Assembly (NCBI GenBank): GCA_037447605.1
Contig: CM074812.1
Coordinates: 434,001 to 498,000 of the forward strand
Length of the DNA stretch: 64,000 nt
Source: Zygnema circumcarinatum SAG 698-1b
Taxonomy: Eukaryota > Plantae > Zygnematophyceae
Direction of reading: 5' to 3'
In this document: one piece after another, positions 21,801 to 37,539 of the stretch
How the letters are laid out: the number at the start of each line of letters is the position of its first letter
How positions within the stretch are numbered: position 1 is the stretch's first letter
Position numbers and translations under genes: made by a program
The notes under the pieces: model-generated
The model's input: only the letters and a program-made list of their open reading frames with translations
Database searches by the model: none
Told to the model about the DNA's origin: nothing

Positions 21801-22720
21801 AGGGGAAAGAGGGAGGGAGAGAAGGTCTACAGTGATTCAACAAAATTGCAACGAAAACAACAACAAAAAGACCCTCTATAAAACCAGTAGCTTCAAAGCA
21901 AATTCTTAAACCATCTCAATACCAAACCATACCCATTACACACAACTGCCCCAAAAATCTAAACCCTAAACTTAACCACCATCCTAAAGGGGTTTTTACT
22001 GACTATTGGACAAGTACCTGCTCCAGACTCTAATGAGTAGAGGCTCTTCACTTTCTTCTCCGCCGCATCTCGCGCTTTTCTCATACTCTTCTCAAGAACA
22101 TCCACTTCCAAGCCTGTCAGTTTTGCCATCTCTGCCATCTCTCCCTTCTCTGGCAGCGATCCGAGATCGGTGAATGCTAGGGCTCGAATAGAACCTTCCA
22201 AAGACTCATGTAGGCTTCCAAATTTCTCCCTATATGGAGACTGCACAGCCAGCTTCTTCCTCTCTTCTGAACCCACTTCTTCTGTAAGCACATCCCAAGA
22301 TCCTTCCTCTCCTTCTTCACCAGTCACACCGGCTTGAGATACCCTCTTGAAAAGCGGTTTCAGGGATGCAAAGTATTCAATTACTTGTTTTTCGATCAAA
22401 TCGATGCTGAGTTTTTGAGCCTCTCCTGCAAAGAGGCTTGCGCCGGGCACATTTGTGCGTTCCAAAGCCTTCAGGATTACAAACACATCCAAGGTCTGGT
22501 TTGATACGGACTCTGCTGACGGATTCAGAAGGAAAGTTTTCCACGCCGTCGGAACCTCTTGATAGACGGCAAAGCAGGCGGATTGGTACTTGGCATAGTT
22601 GAATTTCAGCTCTGAAATGATCTTTCTATGCTGCTCCTCCCACGCGGCAACAAACTCATTCACGAGCACTTGCTTATTATCTGAAGTCGACTCCACCGAC
22701 TCCGATACCGCAGCAGCCAT
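18881..22720 (-). CDS. Large acidic protein with a DREPP/PCaP1-like N-terminal domain, 24-aa tandem repeats and a C-terminal basic-FFACCF motif; exons 22720-22018, 21636-20191, 19971-18881
   Basis: Two phase-1 GT-AG introns join three long ORFs in frame (GCA G|GT GCT; GAA A|CG AAT). The N-terminal ~90 aa align without gaps, from memory, to the PCaP1 helical core. Confidence 0.75.
20755..21200 (-). repeat. Coding 72-bp tandem repeat, about 6 copies (NEAGKELVDVK(D/N/S)(K/E)DDINIEKEEET(V/M))
   Basis: Visible in both the DNA and the translation. Confidence 0.95.
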
Positions 22721-23057
22721 TTCTCCGCTCCTTCTTAAATTGATTCAAACTCAAGAATTAAAGGATTAAAAATGAAGGAGTACATGGACAAACCGTTAAG
22801 CATCCACGAACCCTGCCACTTGTTCAAGCGGTGGAAGATATCATTTGAACTCAGCCTGCAAACAGATTTGAAAGAAACTGAAATAGTCAGAAATAAATGG
22901 AAGCGAAAGGAACTAAGTTAGCTCTGGAGTCACTAACATTCTCTTTGGTCAACAAGTGACTAACACTCTCGCTCTCTCACGCACACACTCTCTCTCACTC
23001 TCTCTCATACACACACTCTCTCTCCTTCTCTCTCACACACACACTCTCCCTCCCCTT

Positions 23058-23114
<57 letters not shown>

Positions 23115-24113
23115 GTCAATCTATGAAAAACATACTGCAAACAACTTGGGCTTACATAGAATGCAATGTCTGCAAATCCAGAAAGCACACGTGTCATACA
23201 CCTGCTCTGACAGAGTTTGATCACCTTCAATGATGCGAGGAAGCACAATGAAGGAACTGAAATCACTGCTCCTTTCCATGCACTCCTAACGCCAGCTGGC
23301 AGCTTAATGTATGCCCGAATATGAATAAAATATCTCCAAAAATATAGACTCCTGATAGATATAATGCGCTCCTTGGAAGACGCTCTTTACCAGGCGAGAA
23401 GCAGCAGCTGCTTTCACTCAAACAACCCTAATTTTTTCCTCTATCAAGTAAGCTCCAAATACATACAGACATGCGCCTTTTCCAATATAATATCCAGCGG
23501 CTTCCCTCACCTTCAGGAAGTTAAAATCACTTCAAAAGAGAAAAAACACTTCAAATAATCTGCTCCAAGTTCTTTATTCCAAACCCCTAAAATTTAATCA
23601 AAGGAGCCAACGAAGCACTTCTGGAACTTCAGTACAGGACGTGCCAACCATTGGCGTCCCAGGCATTGGCGTGCCAAAAATTAAAAACCCGCACAGAATC
23701 AGTACATCTAATCCGACAAAATAGGTTTCGTTCTAAACTTCGCAGAATACGAATTTGAAAAACTGTTTCCAAGCTAAAGTTTTCAACAAGAATGGCAGTC
23801 CGTACTATGCAATATAAGCTGCTGCGGGCAGACTGACACGTCATCATCCTTACAGTGACGTCCTTGAACTTTTGTACGGTTTCCTTGTACGGCATATGTC
23901 GGTTCCCCTCGTGCCGTATAGTTTTAAAAGGTGCAGACGAGTGCTAGAAGTGTTGTTGTTGAAGTTGTTGGGCCATGATCTCATGCTCAATGTTGCATGG
24001 CTCTCGATCCTCTTACCAAGGATAACGTTTTCAACAACGGATACAAAGTAACTTCATATGTCGAGAGGAAAAATTTGAATCGTTCTCTCGATGGAGATGC
24101 ACCAAATTTAGGA

Positions 24114-24212
24114 GGTCAAGATCAAGGTCAAGATCAAGGTCAAGATCGAGTTCAAGGTCAAGATCGAGATCAAGATCGAGGTCAAGATCAAGATCAAGAT
24201 CCTTCAAGATCT
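24114..24212. repeat. (GGTCAA/GATCAA)n hexamer microsatellite
   Basis: Directly visible. Confidence 0.85.
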
Positions 24213-24631
24213 CGTTAGGATAAAATTGGCTTCTAAATTCCTCTCTAAATGCATTCATTTTTGGTCGTCAGAAAGCCCAAAAACTTCAAAAACTACAAGT
24301 TTCCGGTTTCTGGTTTGCAGTTTTTCCTAGTCCAGGTTCCTTGCCAAGGCATAATTTAAAAAAGGGTAAACCGCCAAAGTACTTATTCTAGACGGGATAA
24401 ATACTACTGTCTTCCTCCTTAGGGAGGGAATCTCTCCTTAGGGTGGGAGGTAGAGAGGGAGGGAGACAGTTTTTAAAATTTTTACTTTATTTTTTTGTAC
24501 GTTTGGTGTCGGATTGGTGGACATAGAAATCCGAAATGGAACCCATTCATCGCCGTTCAAAAGAAGGGTTCAATTGTAATAAAAAACACCTAAAAATTAC
24601 AAAAAAAAATTGAAATTTAGCCTGCACCAAG

Positions 24632-26622
24632 TCACGGAGCGCTGCCCTCTTGCGATTTGGAGTAGATTCGATACGCCGCAATCCAGAGAGTGAAGTTTCC
24701 GAGAAGCGTCATGCCACCCTGCAGGGCCACCACAACCTGCCCGGAAAAAAAAAAGGGCCCATTTCATTTCTTATTAGAAAAAAAGGGAGAACATGAATAT
24801 CCATGAAAATTTATTTGTTTTATTTAAAATTATAAATTTACTTTGTTAGTTTCTGGAGCTTTCAAGTAGGTCCTGTCCCTTCTCCGAAAAGGTCAACACA
24901 TGGTTTTTCCAAAGTCAACATTCAGCACTGCAGGAGGGTTCAGTGAAAGTCTATAACCCTAAAGGCACTTTTAATGCCCTTCAAACCCTAAAACCCCAAC
25001 TATGAAAAGGCCCCAAAGTCAAATTCCAAGGCCCAAAGGTCCCAATGCCCTTAAGTTTAACTTTTAAACCCTAGAGTCTAAACCCTAACCCTAGACCCTA
25101 AACCTAACCCTAACCCACACACTAAGCCTTAACCCTAAACCCAAACCCTAACCCTAACCCTAGCCCTAACCCTAAACCCAAAACCCTAAACCCTAAGCCC
25201 TAAACCCAAACCCTAACCCTTAACCTGAACACTAAACCCTAAACCATAACTCTAAACCGTAAACCCTAAAACCTGAACCCTAACCCTAAACCCTAACTCT
25301 AACCCTAACCCTAAACCCTAACCACTAAACCCTAAAACCCTAAAACCCGAACCCAAACCCTAACCTTAACCCTAAATCCAAACCCTAACCCTAAACCTTA
25401 ACCCTAAACCATAAACCATAACTCTAAACCCTAAACCCTAAAACCTAAACCCTAACCCTAACCCAAACCCAAACCCTCAACCCTAAACCCTAAACCGTAA
25501 CCCTAACCCTAACCCGAACCCTAACCCTAAACCCTAAGCCCTAAACCCTAAATCCCTAACCATAAACCCCCGGAATGCGAGCGCACCTCCAAGGAGGGCG
25601 CGTTGTAGAAGAAGTGCCACGTACACGCGCACATGGCCCCGCCCAGCAGGGGCAGCATCCCCCATGCCAGACCCCGCCACGTGGCACGTCCTGGTAGGCT
25701 GCCGTACTGCCACACCAGCGCCATGGCGGTTACCCTGCGGTTGCACAGGGTTTGGGTTTGGGGTGGCTGTAGGAATTCGGGGGGTTTAGGGTTCGGGGTT
25801 CAGGACTTTGAGATAACAGGGATTTGGCGTTTGTAGGGGTTTGAGGTTCTAGGGTTTGTATTATTTATTATCTGGATATTAAGGGTTTAGGGTTTTGGGG
25901 GAAGGGAGGGGGAGTTGGGAGGGAGAGGGAGAGGCGTAAGGCGGAGGGGAGGGAGAAAGGAGAGTAATGGACGTGGGAGGGAGAGGGAGAGGGAGAGGGA
26001 GAGAGAGGCGGAGAGGGATGAAAGGGGGATGGAGAGAGTGAGAGGAGAAGAGAGAGAATGCTTGGGAGAAACAAATGGGGAGGGAAAAAGAAAGAAGCGA
26101 AGAATCTGAGACCCAACCCTAAACCCAAACCCTAAAAACCTAAAACCCTAGACCTCACCATTCCACAACGCTTGCCACGTGGATGGTCCACGTGGGCAGA
26201 GAGAGCGCGTTGGCCGGCTCTGGCGCTAAGCCCATCCACGTGTCCAGTACGGACAACGGAAGCTCCGTAGTTCCATGTGCCGGCAGAGCACCCAAAAGGC
26301 ACCCCACGACAGCAGCAGGGAAAAGGAGGGTAAGAATGGAATTATTTTCACATTTTAGGGGAATTTTGGAGGGGAAACTTTCGGAAATGGTGGGATCGGA
26401 AGAGGGGGTCTGAGAGGGGAGGATGCAGAGGAGCTTGAATTTTTTTGGGTTAAATGTTTTTTGGAAAAATGTGGGGTTTTTTTTAATGTAAGTTGTCAGT
26501 TTTTGGGGGGACTTTTTGTGTAGGGAGGTGGTGAGGAGGAAGCTGCCAGGAAGCTTCCTGCTTGGAGCCTGCAGGAAGGGGGGAGGACTGGGGGGGGCTA
26601 GAAGTGAAAGTTGGGAGGCCAT
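24632..26622 (-). CDS. ycf49: Ycf49-like (DUF2499) plastid membrane protein with transit peptide; exons 26622-26159, 25734-25587, 24736-24632
   Basis: Spliced product ...ANALSLPTWTIHVASVVEW|VTAMALVWQYG...WRGLAWGMLPLLGGAMCACTWHFFYNAPSLE|VVVALQGGMTLLGNFTLWIAAYRI matches the Ycf49 signature; the N-terminus is S/P/K-rich and transit-peptide-like. Confidence 0.92.
25065..25568. repeat. Degenerate interstitial telomere-like array (CCCTAAA/CCCTAA mix) in ycf49 intron 2
   Basis: About 500 bp of CCCTAAA/CCCTAA variants. Confidence 0.92.
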
Positions 26623-26844
26623 TCCGGCCAGAAAAAAAAAGGAAGGGGGATGAATGTCAACAGGCGGTTTAAAAAAACAAACAAATAAATTAAATAAAAA
26701 AAGAGAGAATGAAAAAAGTAAAATTGTAAAAGCCGGAAAAGAAAACGAGAAAGTGAAGAAACGAAGTATCTCTTTCTTTGAGCGTCAAAAATCTCCGTCC
26801 TTTAACGGATAAAAACGTTTGATGAGAAATAACGCATTCATGCT

Positions 26845-27015
26845 GTACCGTATCGTATCGTACCACAATTTCATACCATATCGTATCGTATCCTGATGTA
26901 CCTGCTGTATTGTATTGTATTGTACATCGTATCGTATCGTTCGTATTTTCATTAGAGTATCGTAGTGTATTGTGCCGTACTGTATCGTATCCTATCGTAT
27001 TATACGGTATCGTTT
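26845..27015. repeat. Degenerate (CGTAT)n tract; a similar tract lies at 31682-31817
   Basis: Directly visible. Confidence 0.75.
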
Positions 27016-27655
27016 GAGTGCATACAGTATTGGAAACTCATTGCGGCCAGTTCCTCGTGGTTACCCATGGTGACCTTGTCCATGCACATGTGATGGCATC
27101 ATCGCCATCGTGAGATCAATGCCACATCCTTTTCCGTGAAGGTCATATTAAGGAAGAGAGTTGAAGAAAAAATTTCAATAATGGCTTCAATAGCAAGTGT
27201 CAATTATGTATCATCCATCGTTTCCCTCACAAACCGCCGCCGTCTGCTTTCTAGGGAGACCTCTCGTCGTAGCATGCGCTACTTGCATGCGCCGCCGATC
27301 TCTCTTAGAGTCGCCGCGGACAGAACGAAGAACAGGTGGAAAGGATGGGCGGCCTTCATGCAGTGGGCTATTGCCTGTGAGGCACATGGCGAGTTGCGGC
27401 TCAAGAGAGGGAACATGCGGCAGAGCCATGCCATGCCATGCCATGCCATGCCATGCCATGCCATGCAGAGGAAAAGCGCTTCTAGAAACTGTGGGTTCTG
27501 TTCATTTGTATTGCTGTGAAGCTTCGGGTGCGAGGCTGGGCTTGTGTCTCTTGGTATTAGGGCGTGCCAGTTGCAGCCAAGGGAAAGAGTGGCGGTAAAA
27601 GGGAAGGAAGTTCAATCTCTTATAGTAAGTGAAGGGGAAGATCCAGCAGGCAGGC

Positions 27656-30600
27656 ATGCAAGGTGAAGGAACAGAGGGGCAACAAGTGGCAGGCGAAGCA
27701 AAGGAACACATCACTCATGGCGATGTTCTCGAAGTGAGTTTCTGCTTTTTCTCTACAGAATGGCATTGGAGAACATGGTCAGGCTAGTCAGGCTGATCTG
27801 GTTGTTTGGTTGGAAGCCCTAAAGTACATTACAGGGGTGTTGGCTCTCACGCACGAGCTCCAATATTACCAGGATAAGAATGGAATATCTTGACCGTCGT
27901 GAGTTTTCTTTGGAATCATCATTCGACTCTTGGCTTTGTTGATATTTTAACTTGCTGACTTTCTGTACCGCAGCTGGTTTCCAGCACAGAACTACATCAT
28001 GCATAACTGGTCGTTATTCTCAAAACATCGTATGGTCATCCAAAAACTGCATTATTCTCTGAAGAAGTCCCTCTCTCTCTCTCTCTCTCCCTCTCTCTCT
28101 CTCTAGCTCACTCCCTCGCTTGCGTTCTCTCTTTCTCTCTCTCGCTCTCCCTCTCCACCTCTCCCTCGCTCTCTACTACTCTCCTTTGTTCGACCTCCCC
28201 CCCTTTCCCTTTTCCCTCCCTTCCTTTTTAAGTAAAGACCAATCCCTTCCACAATTTGGCCCGCACGATGCAGGCAGTAGGCCGAACCAATCCTGACCTT
28301 CCCGTGTCAAAAACGGAAGCAGCCGCAATTCGCAGTGCGGAATCTCAAGCCATTGGAGAGCCTAGAAGGCGAAGAGGCGTGGGCGCGCAGGCGCAATCAG
28401 CTGCAGATCAAAATGAAATGAAATGCCCCGGGGAAGAAAAACAGACCTTGGGAGACGTTCTGCAGGTTTGAAGCTGGCGACTCTGATTCAACCATGATTC
28501 AACCATGATTCAACCATGCTTCAACCATGCTTCAACCATGATTCAACCATGCTTCAACCATGCTTCAACCATGATTCAACCATGATTCAACCATGATCCA
28601 ACCATGCTTCAACCATGATTTAACCATGATTCAACCATGATTCAACCAAGCTAAAACTGCTCCCAGTCTTCCGGATCATGAACATCAGATATGTGTCTAG
28701 CTTCAACGAGCTCTCAAATTTTCCAACTTACGAACCACAGTTCCTATCTTTCTTCTTTTATTTCTGTTGAAAGAACAGAGCGCGAAGGATAAGCTTCCTC
28801 GAGACAAGGATGTTGAACCTGCAGAAGCTGACCGAGTTGAAAGAGTGGAGAGAAGTCATGGCTTGAGTGAAGAAGAGCAGCGCTTTGGAGTGGGAGCCAT
28901 GGAGCAAGTTGGAGCAGCCATGAATGCCAACTCTACCGGCGAAATTGCTGAACCCACGGAGGTGACCGGTGCTGGTTTTGCGATAATTGGCGATGTCTTG
29001 GAGGTAAGCATCTGAATTTCTATTTTTTTTTTTGATATAGACGACTTGAAATTGAGCTGTGCTTTCAGCCATTAGTGCAAGCGGAGGGTTCAATGTTTAA
29101 GTAAGATGAAGGAATATCAAGAGTCCTTCCTTTTGGTTCTGATTTCTTGTTTACTGTTCGTTTTCGTATACTTTACAAAGACATGTGTAGTACGCTTGGA
29201 TTCCAGTTGAATTGCAGAAGAAGCACTGGGCGTGTCCCATGGGTCTCACTCTCTCTTTCTCCCCCTTTCCCTTTCCCATTTTCTCTCTCCCTCTCCCCCT
29301 CGCCCTCAATAAACAAAAACTCATTATGATTGTCGACTCACTCCCTCTCCACTCTCTACCTATCTCTCTAGCTCTCTCTCTCTCTCCCTCTGTCTCTCAC
29401 TGTCTCTCTCTTTCTCCTTTCTCTCCTCTCATTTTCCTCACTCTCTCCTCTCATTTTCCTCACTCTCTCCTCTCTCTCTCTCTCTCTCCCTCTCTCTCTC
29501 TCCCCCCCTCTTTCTCTCTCCCCCCTCTCTCTCTCTCTCTCTCCCCTCTCTCTCTCTCCCCCTCTCTCTCTCTCCCCCCTCTCTCACTCTCTCTCCCCCC
29601 TCTCTCTCTCTCTCCCTCTCTCTCTCCCCCTCTCTCTCTCTCCCCCTCTCTCACTCTCTCTCCCCCTCTCTCTCTCCCCCACCTCTCTCTCTCTCTCCCC
29701 CCTCTCTCTCTCTCCCCCCTCTCACTCTCTCTCCCCCCCTCTCTCTCTCTCTCTCCCCCTCTCTCTCTCTCCCCCCTCTCTCTCTCTCCCCCCTCTCTCA
29801 CTCTCTCTCCCCCCTCTCTCTCTCTCTCTCCCCTCTCTCTCTCTCCCCCTCTCTCTCTCTCCCCCTCTCTCCTCTCTCTCCCCCTCTCTCTCTCTCTCTC
29901 TCCCTCTCTCTCTTTCCCCCCTCTCTCACTCTCTCTCCCCTCTCTCTCTCTCTCCCCCTCTCTCTCTCTCCCTCTCTCTCCCCCTCTCTCACTCTCTCTC
30001 CCCCTCTCTCTCTCTCTCTCCCCCTCTCTCTCTCTCCCCCCTCTCACTCTCTCCCCCCTCTCTCTCTCTCTCTCCCCTCTCTCTCTCTCCCCCTCTCTCT
30101 CTCTCCCCCTCTCTCACTCTCTCTCCCCCTCTCTCTCTCTCTCTCCCCACTCCTCCCACCACTCCTCCCACCCCTCCTGCAGGGCGTTGCACGTGCCCGC
30201 CCCGCCGCCGTCCTGACCCCGAGCGACGCCGCCGCCATCCTCGCCGCGGAGGCCGCCGCCCTCGGCCCGCTGGGGCGCCTCGCGGGGGAGGCCGCCGAGG
30301 CGAACCTCCAAACGGGGGCCGTGCGAGTGGGGGCCGCCGGCTACCAAGGGCGCCCCTCGGCCGGAGCTGTCACCGTCGGCGATGTTCTCCAGGTGCTCTC
30401 TCTCTCTCTCTCTCTCTCTCCCTCTCGCTCTCTCTCCCTCTCCTCTCTCTCCCTCTCTCTCTTTCTCTCACTGACAGAATTCGTAAACACTAGTCGAGTG
30501 CCAATTCGAGTTTTTGAGATTCCCACCATCAACAAAACCTCTTCCTTTGCTCCCCTCCCTCCCTCCCTCCCTCCCTTTCCCCCCCCCCCCAATCCCTCCC

Positions 30601-30844
30601 TCCCTCCCTCCCNNNNNNNNNNTCCCTCCCTCCCTCCCTCCCGCAGGACGCCAAGTCCCGCATGCTGACGGACGCCCCGGTGGGCCCCACCGCCGCCTCC
30701 GCCATTCAGAGCGCGGAGGCGGCGGCGCATCCCCGCGGGACCGTACCGCGCGGGGGCGTCGCCGCGCGGGCGCAGAGCGCCGCGGAGGAAAACCTCTCCA
30801 AGGGCGGGGCGGGACGTGACGTGACGGGACGTGACGTGACATGA
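27656..30844 (+). CDS. Seed maturation protein (SMP; LEA D-34/RAB28-like). Exons 27656-27733 (start uncertain), 28274-28465, 28779-29003, 30183-30392, 30647-30844
   Basis: SMP motifs ITHGDVLE, EAAAIRSAE...GVGAQAQSAADQN, QTLGDVLQ, AKDKLPRDK, VTVGDVLQ, ASAIQSAE...GGVAARAQSAAEEN. All introns are phase 0. Confidence 0.85.
28484..28648. repeat. 11-bp minisatellite (AACCATG(A/C)TTC)n in an SMP intron
   Basis: Directly visible tandem array. Confidence 0.92.
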
Positions 30845-32014
30845 CGGCACGTGACGTGATGTGACGGGACGTGACATGACACGACGTGATGGTTTTGTTT
30901 TAGGTTCACGATCGCTTTGGAGCTTGGTAGTACAGTACGCACACAAATGAATGAATGAATGGGTTGGCGAAATTTTGGTTTGAGGTGGGGGTTGGAAGAT
31001 AGCGGCAGGTTTTAGGGTTACTGCGAACAGGATAGACCCGCTGAGAGAGCGCTAACAAGGGGGTGGGGGAGAGAGGTAAAGTGGGAGGGGGAGAGGGAGA
31101 GGGAGGGGGCAGGGGAGAGGGGGAGAGAGGGAGAGGAGGGAGAGGAGGATAGAGTTAGAGGGAGAGGGAGAGGGAGAGAAAGAAAGGGTTTACGGGAGGG
31201 GGAGGGAGAGAGTTGAGGGAGCGAGGGAGTCAGAAAGGGAGAGTGGAAGGGGGAGGAGAAAGAAAGGAAGAGGGCGAGAGAGAGAGAACGCCCCAGGAGA
31301 TGGCTTTGTGAGCTTACCTTGTGCTTGTTTTGCTAATTGACAGCTCCACAACGAAATTGCCCTCGTGTCCTTCGTCTTCTCGTTTCTCTTTGTGTCGGAG
31401 TCAATTGATTTCCAGATTTTTAGCAAATTGTCAGTTCTGATTTCGTGAAATGCATTGAGATTTAGTTCGACTTGACTTCAGAAGAGGGAGTCCGAAAGCA
31501 TGAGGCTTGGCGGCTCTATGGCCACTTCCTGGGCTGCGTTGTTGAGCTTAGGCGCCTTGCACCCAGTTCCTCGTGGTTTCTCATGATGTTGATGTTGTCC
31601 ATGTACATTTGATGGCATCACCGCCATCGTGAGATCAATGCCCCACATCACTTCCTGTAAGACGGCGGGGCGCGCCCGTCTTCGTATCGTATCGAGGGTA
31701 CCGAAAAAAAACCGTATCGTATCGTATTAAAACGTATTGAAGATTACCGTTTCGTAACATATTTTGTGTGCCGTATCGTAAAATACTGAAAGTATCGACC
31801 TATATCGTATCGTATTGGAACACGAGAAATTGGAGATTACCATTTGAGAAGCAGTGAATATCGAGATATGGTACCATTCTCTGTTATATATCGGGATATT
31901 CCGGACGGTGTACCGGATATGTACGGATAAGTTACCGTGTTGCAGGTTCGCAGGCGAACGGGCAAGGCCCAGAAACGTTTCAGTCTGCCCGTTTCGACAC
32001 CCGGGCGGTCGGGC

Positions 32015-32348
32015 GAGGGTTAGGTTTGGGGTTTAGGGTTTAGGGTTTCGAATTTAAGGTTTAAGGTTTAGGGTCAAAATTAGGGTCAAGGGTCAGGACC
32101 TAGGGTTAGGGTTAGGCGAAGGGTTCAGGGTTCAGGATAAGCTTGAGGGGGGGAAAATGGTTGAGTGTGAGGGTTTAGGGTTTTAGGGTTTCTGGTTCAG
32201 GATGAGGCATGAAAGGGAGGCGATGTTCAATGTCAGGGTTAGGGTCTAGGGTTTAGGGTTTAAGGTCTTGTGTTTAGGGTTTTGATCACGGCTCGAGGTT
32301 TAGGATTTAGGGTTCAGGGTTTAGGGTTTAGGGTTTTAGGATTTAGGA
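32015..32348. repeat. Degenerate TTTAGGG/telo-box cluster immediately upstream of the DPM1 ATG
   Basis: Many TTTAGGG/TTCAGGG units. Confidence 0.8.
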
Positions 32349-32351
32349 GAC

Positions 32352-36171
<3,820 letters not shown>

Positions 36172-36339
36172 TAGCAATTGAGTATGGGGGTGGGGGGAGA
36201 GAGCGAGAGATAGAGGAAGAGAGAGATGGAGAGAAAGAGAAGGAAGCGAGACAGAGCGAGGAGAGCCGCAGGGAGGGAGAGAATGAGAGAGAGACAGAGG
36301 GAGAGAGGCAGGGAGGGAGAGAGAGGCAGAGAGAGAGAG

Positions 36340-36420
<81 letters not shown>

Positions 36421-36708
36421 CTGTAAAAAGACCGAGGCAGGGAGAGAGAGAGAGAGGGAGAGAGGGTGAGAAAACAGCTGTGTAGATTTTTTGTTGTATT
36501 TTATTTGCTGGGTTCACTTCATTCAGCCCATTTTTTTTTCCACTCGGCCTGTCCCAAATTGTGATCGTTCGATGGAAGTTCGAACGGTGCAAACAGACTT
36601 TGAATAGGCAGACAAGCTGCCAACATGCTGACGTCATGTTTGTGACATCATGCTCGCTTCCTTTTGTCATTTTGTGCATCCATACACATGCGCAGGACCC
36701 CTTATTAA

Positions 36709-36904
36709 GGGGGGTCAAACTTAACCCGGAGCGTACTAAATTCCCGAATTTAGTATATTAAAAGTCAAAGTTTTGTGTACGAATTCCGGTCGGGATCTGC
36801 GGCTCCACCGAACCCAGCCGTACCGAAATGCATACCTCGCCAATGCTTAATTCGCCCGACAGGCTTACGAAATTGATTCGGCCATGGTCAAAGTCTGACC
36901 CCCC
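36709..36904. mobile_element. MITE family A, copy 2
   Basis: TIRs GGGGGGTCAAACTT...AAGTCTGACCCCCC flanked by TAA/TTA; body homologous to copies 1 and 3. Confidence 0.88.
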
Positions 36905-37119
36905 TTATTGTATCGAAATACCCATCAAATACAAAAAATATTTTTCTTCATTTACTAATTTGCAAGCAGCAAAACGGAACAAAGTGGACCTAGAACGTCC
37001 CCTTTTGCATCGATGATTTTATTCAAAAGAATAGAACTAGAGATATGTACAAAAGATTAAAATGTAGGGTTTTGAGGGGTTTTTAGGGTTTAAAAAGAGG
37101 GAAAAAACTGACGAGAAAC

Positions 37120-37453
37120 TTAGTGAGTACCTCCCCGAAGCGGAGTTGACTTTTCGGTCAAAGTTTTAATGATGGCCTGCAAGACCTGCGTCTCCGCCTC
37201 CCTCTTCTCCAACTCCTCTTGAAGGGCGCGAAGCTTCGCTCTATGTGCGTCGAACACAACTGTTTCCGTAACACGCAACGGAAGAACAACAAGAAGAAGG
37301 AGAAGGAGAAGAGACCAAAGTGGATCCGATCACTTGAAGCAGGTCCACTGTTCAACACGTGACTTCAGTTCTATTGCTCCTCGTTGTTTCTTAAGCACGA
37401 GCGAGCAAGGGGGGAGAGAGAGAGGGAGAGGGAGACAGAGAGAGAGAGAGAGA

Positions 37454-37539
<86 letters not shown>

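Noticed and set aside
23997-24258. QDQG / DLDL repeat ORFs
   Set aside because: Short ORFs explained by a hexamer microsatellite.
25065-25568. True chromosome end or fusion site
   Set aside because: The array is degenerate, in a single orientation, and lies inside an intron of an intact gene.
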